A DNA stretch of 64,000 nt from a virus (lineage: Duplodnaviria; Caudoviricetes): IMG/VR virus record IMGVR_UViG_3300031993_000008, positions 184,383 through 248,382 of that record; one strand, 5' to 3'. This document shows, piece by piece, positions 41,059-50,562 of the stretch. The notes under the pieces are model-generated. The model was not told where the DNA came from and ran no database searches. It saw only the letters and a program-made list of their open reading frames with translations. The position numbers and the translations under genes are program-made. Position 1 is the first letter of the stretch; each line of letters starts with the position of its first letter.

Positions 41059-41310
41059 TCATACTCTCTTTGCTATTTCATTAATGAACTTCAACTGTTC
41101 GATCTCTTCCTCCTCCGTGAATTCAGGACTGTCTTTCCTTTCAGGATGTTTTTCCAGAAACTCCATAGAATGAAGATGGGATATATTCCCGTCCTCATTG
41201 ACCCTGACGGATTCCATTGAATAGGCGAAAGTCTTTTCCAATATTTTATGTACCATATCCGGTGTGATTTCCTTTCCGCAATCAGATCCTGATTTGTTCA
41301 CCTGTTCCAT
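41059..41310 (-). CDS. hypothetical protein
   Basis: ORF in operon. Confidence 0.45.
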   Translation of the reverse strand: MEQVNKSGSDCGKEITPDMVHKILEKTFAYSMESVRVNEDGNISHLHSMEFLEKHPERKDSPEFTEEEEIEQLKFINEIAKRV

Positions 41311-41692
41311 AAGTCATCTTCTTTATCTTATATTTCTTCATAAACTCCCTCCTTGCTTCATCAAGGATTTTATTCAGACTACCACCAATAGAACCATTAT
41401 GATCCTGTCTATACTTGTCTATATGTTCACCCTCTATCTTTTTGAGTTCCAAATAGACACCATGAGGGAGTTTCATGAAATTGACAGACTTGTGCTTACC
41501 TGACAAAGCCTCCTTTCTCCATTCCTCCGACCTGATGTTTTCAATCTCTTTCAGTTCATCACTCATTTTCTGGGAAAGGGCAACCTTCTCCTCTTCAAGA
41601 TCAGCTATCTTCTTTTCTATTTCAAAAAGCTGGGAGTCATAAACCCCATGTATCCTCTCATACTCCTTTTTCAGTTCTTCCGATTTCATCAC
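41282..41692 (-). CDS. coiled-coil hypothetical protein
   Basis: ORF in operon. Confidence 0.55.
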   Translation of the reverse strand: MMKSEELKKEYERIHGVYDSQLFEIEKKIADLEEEKVALSQKMSDELKEIENIRSEEWRKEALSGKHKSVNFMKLPHGVYLELKKIEGEHIDKYRQDHNGSIGGSLNKILDEARREFMKKYKIKKMTYGTGEQIRI

Positions 41693-41988
41693 TTCATACT
41701 ATGATACCATTCCCAATAATCCCTGTCCTGTTCCTCCGGTGTCTTACTGAACTCAAACAAGAGTACAAAGGGAATGGAAAGAAAACACAATACAATGAAC
41801 AAAGGCCAGAACAGTATAGTGAGAAACCTTCCAATACGGCTCCGGAAACCGTTAGGACAAATACCCACTCCTATCATTGTATACAGTATAAAACACAGGG
41901 TCAGGGCAAATACCATACCTATGAAATCACCTGTATCACTTACTCCCATCCAAGCGGGAAGCCAATCATAAGACAATAATGTAAACAT
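41689..41988 (-). CDS. small membrane protein
   Basis: Two hydrophobic helices, FWP motif. Confidence 0.55.
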   Translation of the reverse strand: MFTLLSYDWLPAWMGVSDTGDFIGMVFALTLCFILYTMIGVGICPNGFRSRIGRFLTILFWPLFIVLCFLSIPFVLLFEFSKTPEEQDRDYWEWYHSMK

Positions 41989-42008
41989 ATTCCTTTATAT
42001 ATAATCAA

Positions 42009-42146
42009 TCAAACTTCCAGAACCTGAACATTGGAAACAAAATCAATATGTCCCTGTTCATCCTCTATACCATAAAGAACAATCCCTCCAGGTATTACCT
42101 TGGTTTCATTCACCTCATAAACCTTACCTGCATATCTTACCTTCAT
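42009..42146 (-). CDS. small hypothetical protein (45 aa, not in track)
   Basis: MKVRYAGKVYEVNETK...; after TTGTTATTTTT variant motif at 42170. Confidence 0.55.
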   Translation of the reverse strand: MKVRYAGKVYEVNETKVIPGGIVLYGIEDEQGHIDFVSNVQVLEV

Positions 42147-42386
42147 ATCCAAACATTTTTACTCTATATAAAAATAACAAACTATTACCATATATTGGGA
42201 AAAATGGGGACATTTCAAAAAAATTTTTTTGTCCGATCTTCCAGGAAAACCTCAAAATCTGTTAGCAGGATGATCTTATATGAAAAAAATGAATATATCA
42301 ATGGAAAACAAGGGGGAATATGTGGGGAATTTATGGGGAATCATATAGGGGTATATATATTGGGAATAGATGGGGAAATGTAAGGG

Positions 42387-42431
42387 GAAATAGGTAAAGA
42401 AATAGGTAAAGAAATAGGTAGGGAAATAGGT
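42387..42431 (+). repeat. 12-bp tandem repeat x4 (GAAATAGGT core)
   Basis: Units start at 42387, 42399, 42411, 42423. Confidence 0.9.
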
Positions 42432-42908
42432 GATCAATAAAGGGGGTAAGATAATATAGACAGGTATAGATTATTGGGGAATGAATGAAGGGGAAATTGG
42501 GGATAAATGGTGGGATCTATGACATTTTCTGACATCCACCAGCCTTTTCTACCACTTTACTCCACTTTCACCCACTTTTTATAAGAAAATGTAATATGAA
42601 ATTAACTGAAAATCAATGATTTATAAATATACTCAAAATAGAGGGGTAAAATATATGAAAAAATAAATATACAACAACCCCATAGGAGTTTATCTCATAC
42701 CCTTCTCTATATAGTGTGTGTGGGGGAAGTCGCACGCCGCAATCGCCAAAAATCACCATTCTGGGGGTGACCCCCAAATACCCCTATTTTGGGGATATCC
42801 CAGAATTCCCCATTTTCCTGGAATTCCCCATTTTTGGGATCCTCCTCTTTTTGACCTTTTCTGACCATACCCCCAAAATGCCCATTTCCAGGATATCCCC
42901 ATTTTGAC

Positions 42909-42941
42909 CATTTTCCTGAATTCCTCATTTTCCTGAATTCC
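42909..42941 (+). repeat. CATTTTCCTGAATTCC x2 (17-bp period), variant at 42811
   Basis: Direct reading. Confidence 0.85.
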
Positions 42942-44202
42942 CTATTTTCTCGTTTTTCGCTGTCGTGGGGAAATGTGGAAATCTTGGTTTTTGGTGTTTT
43001 TGGTAAAAATGGCAGATCTCCCTATTTCCCCATTTCCCATATATGTAAAAAATAACAAAAAAGGTGTTTTCCCAGTAAAACTGTGTTTACCTGGAAACAC
43101 TGGTTTTTGAACCTTTTCCACTGTTTTCCCATAGGGTGAAAATGACAGATCTGCTGTTTTTGACCATATTTGGTTATATATGGGTATGATTTCCATCAGA
43201 TGTGGAAGATCCGGGGAAGTTTTCCTGGAAAATAGATGTAATATATGTGAAAAGTTTCAAGATGGAGTTTCTCCGGAGAGAAAAACTCTTCCCTGTAGAG
43301 ATCAAGCGGGATACAGATTGCCTCCCTGTAGAGATGAGGTCACCGCCATCCGCCACCGCAGGGTTGGACAGGTGTGGGTTGGAGTGGACAGGTGGTTGGA
43401 GATGGGATGGGCCTGGACCTGGACCCTGGTAGACAGTGTCTGTCCATCAGATGGAGATGAGGTATCCTGCTGGTGACCCATGTCTACCGGTGACTGGGTG
43501 TGGGCCTGCTGCTGGTACTGGACCTGGACCAAACTGTGGATACTGGATCTGCACAGACACTGTCTACCCTCCACAGTATGCCTGAGGGCACTTTTTGAGA
43601 TGTCAATCAGATAGGATCACACTGTCTACTTGGTTCTGGATACCATCAGAACCTTGGTGATAGCCTTCATCAACAAGATGAGGAGGAGATGAGATGTCAA
43701 TCTTGGACTTGGGTTGGCGGATGAGTCGCCACCGCAGATGGTGATGGGTATGTGGGTTGAAGACTTGGATTCAAGAAGTACTTCTTACATCAGGATGAGA
43801 TGTCAGGATGATGACCCATGCCAATGTCTGAAGTAGACAGTGTCTGGTGAGATGAGTCTCTAGTTCGAATATAGATTCCCACTGCTGTTGGATGAGATGT
43901 CCAGATCAGCACTGTAGTCAAAGTCACCTATGGGTGGGTTTGGATTTGAGTCTCTAGTTTGACTTGGGTGGTAGATGATGTCTGAAGTAGACAGTGGGTT
44001 TGGTACTGGACCAGGTCCTGGGCCTGGACCACTGTCAGATTCAGGTTCTGCTTCCCTGTTGTTCCCTGTTGATCCAGGATCTGCCACTGCTGTTGGACAC
44101 CTGCTGGAAATGGTATCCGGGATTTGAGTCTCTAGTTTGAGAAGAGTCACCTTGGTTCATTGAACCTTGGCGAAGATCATGATCATGTATACATGATCTA
44201 GT

Positions 44203-44241
44203 AAAAAATATCCCATCACAACTTCACAGTCATGATGGGAT
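44203..44241 (-). terminator. terminator closing the right-hand minus-strand operons
   Basis: ATCCCATCA...TGATGGGAT hairpin followed by a T run on the minus strand. Confidence 0.75.
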
Positions 44242-44278
44242 GAAAATTAAAAACAAAAATGCTATGCAGAAATATTAT

Positions 44279-44812
44279 TCAACCGATCTCTATAAGATTG
44301 ATGAGATGGTAACCTTTATACCCTTCCACTATTTTCCAGAGGAACTCCTTGAAGGAGATCTTCCTTCTCTCCGGAAGAGTCCAGTTGGTCATGTCGAATC
44401 CCAGTTTGTCCATCTCATTCCTGTAGTCATCCCTTTCCGGATGATACTCATACCTGGTGTTTACCTGGTAGGCAGTCACATGCAGGGTGGCCAACCAGGC
44501 AGGAAATCCTTCATCAGTGTTATGTCTCAGATCTGTCACCTTGGTGACCACATATTCATAGTGGTTGGGGTTGGACTTGTAATGGGCGGCGGGAACAGTG
44601 ACTCCCTTTCTGGGTTTGAGCAACCGGCAGTACTGTTCGGTGAAATGCTCGACAGGTATCCTGTCCTTGACCTCCCCTTCTCCGGAGGAGTAGTATCCCT
44701 GTGGTTCCGGGATATCAACAGTCTCGATCAGGGCACCGGACTCCTGTGATATGAAAGTGAGGTAAGGTGACCCACACTCTTGGGGATGATGATATATTAC
44801 GATTACGTTCAT
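44279..44812 (-). CDS. hypothetical protein
   Basis: 177-aa ORF in operon. Confidence 0.6.
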   Translation of the reverse strand: MNVIVIYHHPQECGSPYLTFISQESGALIETVDIPEPQGYYSSGEGEVKDRIPVEHFTEQYCRLLKPRKGVTVPAAHYKSNPNHYEYVVTKVTDLRHNTDEGFPAWLATLHVTAYQVNTRYEYHPERDDYRNEMDKLGFDMTNWTLPERRKISFKEFLWKIVEGYKGYHLINLIEIG

Positions 44813-44833
44813 ACCTCGTCTGTAGATTTCAGG

Positions 44834-45238
44834 TTATTTCAGGAACTTCTTGAGTTTGTAGTAGAAGTCATTATATGACCCGAGTTTGTCAAAGACGGCA
44901 TTGTCCTCACAGTACTTACAGATGTTCTCTATCAGTTCAGTGTTGACCTTCACCTTCCTGGGCCTTGAGATGACCTTGAAGAGATCCGGGTAGACTTCCA
45001 TATAAACCTCACCCTCATCATTGACATACTTTACAGGGAAGGGAAGGGTGCAGATCTTCTTCACCAGGATCTCATCATCTCCTTCTCTCACCCTGGTGAT
45101 TCCATCCTGATCAAGGTGTACATATCCATATTCGGAGTAGTACTCATCAAATGAGGATACCACCTTGAACTTCTTACCATTGATGATGACATCAGTTACC
45201 TGGATACCACCATCATTATTATGCAAATGCCTTTTCAT
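44834..45238 (-). CDS. hypothetical protein
   Basis: ORF in operon. Confidence 0.6.
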   Translation of the reverse strand: MKRHLHNNDGGIQVTDVIINGKKFKVVSSFDEYYSEYGYVHLDQDGITRVREGDDEILVKKICTLPFPVKYVNDEGEVYMEVYPDLFKVISRPRKVKVNTELIENICKYCEDNAVFDKLGSYNDFYYKLKKFLK

Positions 45239-45375
45239 AATTATTCAATTTCCTATTTTCTTTATGATGAAGACAATCATAAATCCCAATCCAAACCAGA
45301 AGAGGGATTTCGCTGTCGCCTTCGCCAATGATTTGAGTTCGCTCTTTGTCATATGTCTGTGGATTACTTTTGATT

Positions 45376-45681
45376 TCAGTGAAGTATCACCTGGATGTGG
45401 TATCCATCAGGGATGAAGACTTTCACCATTGATGATGGGTATGGTGCAAATTCATACTTCAACTTATAGTGATCCCAACTTTCCTTCAGGAGATCCTGCA
45501 TCTCTGTGTATGTCAGTCTACCGATATGATTCTCCTTGATGGACAGATCAACTTCAATGGTTCTGCTGTCGGGGTCAATCTTGAAGGTGTTGAAGTCCTC
45601 ATAGATCTTGTCGAACACCGGGATGTAGTCTGCTGATCCCTTGGGTTCATTTGGTTCTACCAATAGTCTGAACATAATCAA
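45376..45681 (-). CDS. hypothetical protein
   Basis: ORF in operon. Confidence 0.55.
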   Translation of the reverse strand: MIMFRLLVEPNEPKGSADYIPVFDKIYEDFNTFKIDPDSRTIEVDLSIKENHIGRLTYTEMQDLLKESWDHYKLKYEFAPYPSSMVKVFIPDGYHIQVILH

Positions 45682-46241
45682 CTGTTTTTGGATTTACTTG
45701 ACACTTCCTCAAAGTCTGTTGACCAACCTGCATCAGTCAATTTCTTGAGAGTCTCTCCATCACAAAGATAGACACTGACCTTGGAACAGTCACCCAATCC
45801 TCCATAACACTGGTCAGTCTTCTTGAGAATTCCTTTCTCCTCAAGTTCCCGGATCTTCTCAGGTGTGTTCCTGTAGAGACGCTCCTTGGATTTGGAGGTC
45901 TCCTCCGGGAAAAGCCAGAACTCATGCTGTCCATAGTAGGACATCTCTCCGACATGGATCTTGTGATCCCATTCCCTGGTTTTCCTGTCCAGCCACTCCT
46001 GGGTATCCGGGTTCTGATCTGCCTCGGTATACACTGTCCTGATTCCCAGTCCTAGAACCTTGTCTCCCTTCCTGACCTCAACCAGGGTGAAGAGTTTGGG
46101 ATGGCTTTCGATATATGCCATCACCTGGGTTTTCTTGACACTCATCTCCTTGGCGACCTCGGAGATCAGGGCAAAGTTCTGACAGTTGACCTTCTCGATC
46201 AGTCTTACTGTCTCCTTGACGTTTTGTATGTTAAGTTCCAT
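45678..46241 (-). CDS. hypothetical protein, possible HTH at N-terminus
   Basis: ISEVAKEMSVKKTQV resembles an HTH. Confidence 0.55.
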   Translation of the reverse strand: MELNIQNVKETVRLIEKVNCQNFALISEVAKEMSVKKTQVMAYIESHPKLFTLVEVRKGDKVLGLGIRTVYTEADQNPDTQEWLDRKTREWDHKIHVGEMSYYGQHEFWLFPEETSKSKERLYRNTPEKIRELEEKGILKKTDQCYGGLGDCSKVSVYLCDGETLKKLTDAGWSTDFEEVSSKSKNS

Positions 46242-46252
46242 ATCAGTCTATT

Positions 46253-46771
46253 TCAGATTGTGCAATCATCAACCACTATCTCCCAACCAGGGAATCTGAT
46301 CTCTGCCACCTTCCTGGCAACCTCCAGGAGTTCCTCCTTGTTCTCGAATCCGTTGGTCTTCTCACCGGGATGATAGAATTCCCATCTGTGTGGGTCATTC
46401 TTGATCTCCTCTTCGGTGACACCTCTGGCAACCTCTATGTCATATGATGATGACCATTTGTCTTTGAGTTCCCTGGACAGGTTCTTGTATTCCTCACCGA
46501 TGTATCCGCCGATAATATAACCTTCATCATTTATAATGCGGATACCATCACCGATGAGTTTGGCATAGTAGTGAACCGCTTCCCAACACGTTCCTATGAA
46601 GGATGTGATTTCTATCTTCACCTTCCTGGGTTCTCTGATTTGGAATGTCCATCCGGGATGTTCATTCAGATGGAAATCATTTCCGAAATCTATGGGGAAA
46701 ACATCAGGATACTCTCCCTGATCGATGGAATGATCCCTGGCATACTGTATGTTGTCATTCTTTATTTCCAT
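46253..46771 (-). CDS. conserved phage hypothetical protein
   Basis: ITSFIG...AVHYYA.L, RFPGW. Confidence 0.6.
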   Translation of the reverse strand: MEIKNDNIQYARDHSIDQGEYPDVFPIDFGNDFHLNEHPGWTFQIREPRKVKIEITSFIGTCWEAVHYYAKLIGDGIRIINDEGYIIGGYIGEEYKNLSRELKDKWSSSYDIEVARGVTEEEIKNDPHRWEFYHPGEKTNGFENKEELLEVARKVAEIRFPGWEIVVDDCTI

Positions 46772-46864
46772 AACGATTGCGCTTTATGGTTATGACAGGG
46801 AGTCCAGTGAAATGCACTCCACTGACAACTCCTGCTCAAACTCTCTGTATATCTCTTCCATATC

Positions 46865-47305
46865 TTACCTGTTAATTTTGTAGAACTCTGCAAATGACAT
46901 CTCGGGTTCCTTGATACCCCAATGTTCTGCAACTTCCTTGTGCCATTCATCAACAGTCTCGGGTTGATCAAAGTGGACACCCTTGAAAAGTTTCAGACCA
47001 TTCTTGGTTACATCACCTCCATCATATCCGCAGATGTTGAGGAAATATGTACCGTCAACCGTCTCCTCATATTCAACACAGGTGGAATACTTATCCAACC
47101 AATCAAGGAACAACTTCTTATCCTTGGATACTGTATTTGATAACTTCTTTTTCATAACCTTTGAATTTAAACAGCACCTACCTGAATCAATCAGACTCTC
47201 TACCACCTTCTTGGTTTCCTTCTTGATGTTCTCATCTTCAAAATGTATTATAGTTGTATTGTTTTTATTTACCAGAAACATAATAGTCTCCAACTCCATA
47301 ACCAT
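46865..47305 (-). CDS. hypothetical protein
   Basis: ORF in operon. Confidence 0.55.
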   Translation of the reverse strand: MVMELETIMFLVNKNNTTIIHFEDENIKKETKKVVESLIDSGRCCLNSKVMKKKLSNTVSKDKKLFLDWLDKYSTCVEYEETVDGTYFLNICGYDGGDVTKNGLKLFKGVHFDQPETVDEWHKEVAEHWGIKEPEMSFAEFYKINR

Positions 47306-47327
47306 TGGGATTCATAATGATTTGGGA

Positions 47328-47456
47328 TTAACTGTTCTTTACTCTGTTGTAAATCTCACTTGCAACATTGAGAACAATGTTACCTACCAATATTGCTACT
47401 CCAAACAGTATCACTGTTGTCACTACTGCTGCAAAGATAATTCCAAGACCTTTCAT
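47328..47456 (-). CDS. 42-aa single-pass membrane peptide, copy A (not in track)
   Basis: MKGLGIIFAAVVTTVILFGVAILVGNIVLNVASEIYNRVKNS; first gene after promoter. Confidence 0.7.
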   Translation of the reverse strand: MKGLGIIFAAVVTTVILFGVAILVGNIVLNVASEIYNRVKNS

Positions 47457-47499
47457 AACTGTTGTTTTTAATTGTTACTTATCTTTCTTATTTCTGATA

Positions 47500-47531
47500 T
47501 AAAGATAATGCTTTTATTTGGAACCACCAAA
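47500..47531 (-). promoter_or_regulatory. Bacteroidota-type early promoter
   Basis: TTTG(GTGG)-N20-TATCTTTA. Confidence 0.7.
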
Positions 47532-47598
47532 TATATTAACACTATTTAACAAAAATCTTTGGATTTCATATTTCGCAGGTCGTGGTCGTCAGGGGATT

Positions 47599-47832
47599 TC
47601 AGTTGGGTGTGTTCAGATTGTAAAGGAACAACTGGGGCATTCTCATCATTGATCTTGCCAGGTTGGCAGCTTCCATATATGTGGATACCATCTCGGCGGC
47701 ATACCTTGGGTCATTCATCATCCTGATTGGATCTGCCTTTCCTGATTCAACCAATGTGGATATTATGTCTTTGATCACTCTCTTGTTGTGATCTATTGCC
47801 TCTTCTATAGTCATTGTCCTATTATCTAACAA
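47599..47832 (-). CDS. hypothetical protein
   Basis: ORF in operon. Confidence 0.5.
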   Translation of the reverse strand: MLDNRTMTIEEAIDHNKRVIKDIISTLVESGKADPIRMMNDPRYAAEMVSTYMEAANLARSMMRMPQLFLYNLNTPN

Positions 47833-47907
47833 CTGTTGATTTCTGATTCAAATCATATCATCCTGATTTCCAATTAACTGTGACCTTGATTGGACAAAAT
47901 CGGACAA

Positions 47908-48078
47908 TCAGTATGTGTTGACATATTCAATATATGTACAGACGGCATACATACCAGGGTGTCTTGAACCCTTGGGCATCTTGAAGACCTGGAGGCCTTT
48001 ACCATAAGGTTGGTTTCTCCTCTCACATGCCTTGAGTGCGGCGGGTTTGCTTTTGAAGTATTTCCTTTCTCTTGCCAT
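47908..48078 (-). CDS. small basic protein (56 aa, not in track)
   Basis: MARERKYFKSK...VFKMPKGSRHPGMYAVC. Confidence 0.6.
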   Translation of the reverse strand: MARERKYFKSKPAALKACERRNQPYGKGLQVFKMPKGSRHPGMYAVCTYIEYVNTY

Positions 48079-48082
48079 AATA

Positions 48083-48532
48083 TTATAATGCTTCTACTAT
48101 TCTCTCCAACAGATCTTTGCTGATGGGCTTTGAATATGCCTTGTATCTGCCGGGTACCCAACCGATGGGCTTGAACTTCTCAAAGTATACACTGTGAGGA
48201 TCCTTGCAATTATCAAGTCTGCTCTGGAGATATTCCTTCCAGGTTTCCACCGGCTTTCCTGATTCCTTCAGATAGTCGAAAAGAAGTCTGACGGATTCCT
48301 TCCAGTCATAGTAATCTGCTGCCCAGGGTTTTCCTCCCTGCAAGTCTGAGAACCTGACAACCATTGTGATGAGTTTGCCTTCCGGTTTCTCAATCTTGTT
48401 GGGATTCATCTCTGCTACTGCATACATAGCATCCTCAACCAACTTCAACTGTTCATTGTGGATTTCCTCTATCTGCTTTCTCAGATCTGCCTTGGATTTC
48501 CCCAGCTCCTTTATTTTATCTGAAGTATTCAT
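48083..48532 (-). CDS. hypothetical protein
   Basis: ORF in operon. Confidence 0.6.
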   Translation of the reverse strand: MNTSDKIKELGKSKADLRKQIEEIHNEQLKLVEDAMYAVAEMNPNKIEKPEGKLITMVVRFSDLQGGKPWAADYYDWKESVRLLFDYLKESGKPVETWKEYLQSRLDNCKDPHSVYFEKFKPIGWVPGRYKAYSKPISKDLLERIVEAL

Positions 48533-48698
48533 TTTATTGCGGCATAAACTGTGACAATATAATTCGGATCTTTGTTTCCTTTCATTATCTCATCTTTAGC
48601 GAAGAGAACCAGGTCTGATTTCTCATACTTCAGGTTTCTCTCATCTGCTATGTTGAGAACCTTTATTATCTGGTCATTAAGAACCTTACTGTCTAATA

Positions 48699-48827
48699 TT
48701 AACATGACTTTACCTTATTATAGATTGCTTTTGCTACATCAACAATGATATTACCTACAAGTATTGCCACTGCAAAGATGATCACTGTTGTTACAATTGC
48801 TGCAAAGATAATTCCAAGACTTTTCAT
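48699..48827 (-). CDS. 42-aa single-pass membrane peptide, copy B (not in track)
   Basis: MKSLGIIFAAIVTTVIIFAVAILVGNIIVDVAKAIYNKVKSC; first gene after promoter. Confidence 0.7.
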   Translation of the reverse strand: MKSLGIIFAAIVTTVIIFAVAILVGNIIVDVAKAIYNKVKSC

Positions 48828-48871
48828 TGTTGTTCGTTTTTAATGTTGTTGTTTCTTGTTCCTTTCTGATA

Positions 48872-48903
48872 CAAATATAATAACATTATTTGGACTGACC
48901 AAA
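48872..48903 (-). promoter_or_regulatory. Bacteroidota-type early promoter
   Basis: TTTG-N20-TATATTTG. Confidence 0.8.
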
Positions 48904-49054
48904 TTTTTTAACACATTTTAACTGTTCTTTTTGTATTCTTGTATTTCACATCATCAAATATAAAAAGCAAGGGGCACTTGGCATCATTGTCCAGTGTCCC
49001 TCTGATTTCCTCTTCTCAAATGAGAAGTGAACTTTCGCAATTCGTTATCGTAGA

Positions 49055-49327
49055 TTATTTAACCTCTGATTCAACCTTTGGTTCACCATCTGGTTTTGGG
49101 TCTACCTTCTTGAATGACTTTATCTCTTTAAAGTCACAAGAACATCCATAATATACATCTCCGAAAGGAGGTTCAAAGATTCCTCCTCCTGGCCAACTGA
49201 AGTCTTCAACATCAAAGTTCACATCATAGTAAACTTCACCGGTGTATTCAACCTCAAGTTCACCTCTCATTATACCATTCTCAAGTTCATCCTTACTGAA
49301 CTTGGTAAATATGTTCCTGAATGCCAT
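49055..49327 (-). CDS. hypothetical acidic protein under late motif
   Basis: CATAAATA on minus strand at 49350-49357. Confidence 0.55.
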   Translation of the reverse strand: MAFRNIFTKFSKDELENGIMRGELEVEYTGEVYYDVNFDVEDFSWPGGGIFEPPFGDVYYGCSCDFKEIKSFKKVDPKPDGEPKVESEVK

Positions 49328-49371
49328 ACTCTTCTTAATTTGTATATTATATTTATGTCATATTGTCACTG

Positions 49372-50562
49372 TCAGATTGTCACCTCGGCATTGACCTCAT
49401 TTACCCAATCCTGAACGTTGGCATTGAATCCACCTCCGGAGGATTGCGGTTTCTGGTTGATGATGTCATCAGGGATCTGCCCAGCATCAACATAAACTGT
49501 GATGATTCCTCCAGTGGGCTTGGCATGCATCTCCTTGGTGATGTCCAGTGTGATAGTGTAACCGCAGCCGTTCCGCAGGGTGAACCCAATGCCAATGAAG
49601 TTCTTATCCAACTCAACTGCTGTGTTTCCTGACTTTGTAGTCTCTAGTGGGCAGATTCCTGGAAGTCCCCAGGTGAGTATCCTAGAAGAGATGATGTCTA
49701 CCGGCAGATCCTGACCATCCAGTGGGACAGTGTGGGCCTGCATCGGCTTTACATCATCAGTGGAGATGGAGATGGTGTTGTTGAATGTCTTCCTGGTGAA
49801 CAGTTCCACTCCCTGGGCTAACCCAGTGACAGTGATTCCCCTAGCACCTGTGATCCTGGATCCCTGTTGATCCCTGTTGTTCAGGATTATAACCTGATAC
49901 AGGTATATGAAGGAGTACGGCCGTAGTGCCGCATTTATCCTGTAGATGTATGTGATGTTCCCCTCCTCATCCACTTCCTTATCATACAGTGTCGGATCCT
50001 CATTGATGGTGAGATCTTGGACAAATGTGCCGAACAACTCATCAGGTTGATTATAGTCAATGTAGACCTTGGTTGTATCCGGCATGTCACTGTTCTCACT
50101 TTCACCTCTGGTTCTGACCCACCTTGCTTGGGAACTCATCCTGGTGGAGGCAGTGAATATCTCATAATCCTCACTCTGGTAAAATGATGTATACTCGGTT
50201 CCGAAGTTATAGAACATCATATCATATGTAGAACCTGTTGTCAAGGAGAGTCTCCCTCCATTAGAATCAAAGATCTTGAAGAATGAACTGTAACGCTGGT
50301 GACTGGTGGCATCCACATTATATATGACCCCCTTGATCAGATCGGGCTTACTGTATCCAACTATACCAAAACTGGTGGCAGACTCATCCCACTCATAGAA
50401 CCAGTCCATCTCCCAGTCAATACCCCACAACAGATCCAACCTGATGTCACTGATTTCAACTGTGATTTCTGTGCAATCCACCCTGAGATACAGATTCTTC
50501 CTACAGCAGGATGTGAATCCAATCAGTAATATTAGAACTATGGTGATGAATCTACTCTTCAT
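49372..50562 (-). CDS. DUF5119-like (Mfa/fimbrial-associated) lipoprotein
   Basis: Signal II lipobox LIGFTS-C; G.YDMMFYN, NQPDELF, GGGFNANVQDW C-terminus typical of Bacteroides DUF5119. Confidence 0.75.
   Translation of the reverse strand: MKSRFITIVLILLIGFTSCCRKNLYLRVDCTEITVEISDIRLDLLWGIDWEMDWFYEWDESATSFGIVGYSKPDLIKGVIYNVDATSHQRYSSFFKIFDSNGGRLSLTTGSTYDMMFYNFGTEYTSFYQSEDYEIFTASTRMSSQARWVRTRGESENSDMPDTTKVYIDYNQPDELFGTFVQDLTINEDPTLYDKEVDEEGNITYIYRINAALRPYSFIYLYQVIILNNRDQQGSRITGARGITVTGLAQGVELFTRKTFNNTISISTDDVKPMQAHTVPLDGQDLPVDIISSRILTWGLPGICPLETTKSGNTAVELDKNFIGIGFTLRNGCGYTITLDITKEMHAKPTGGIITVYVDAGQIPDDIINQKPQSSGGGFNANVQDWVNEVNAEVTI

Larger units (their letters stand above)
42180..44230. other. 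~2-kb non-coding repeat-rich island (candidate origin/terminus/injection-control region)
   Basis: No credible ORF; G-tracts, C-tracts, AT-rich core, tandem and dispersed repeats, palindromes. Confidence 0.7.

Noticed and set aside
42048-44150. Short tracked ORFs within the island
   Set aside because: Low-complexity translations of G/C tracts and repeats, overlapping in conflicting frames, without the promoter context seen elsewhere.
43280-44200. CRISPR array
   Set aside because: Repeats are 10-21 bp, of several families, irregularly spaced and in both orientations; no cas genes.
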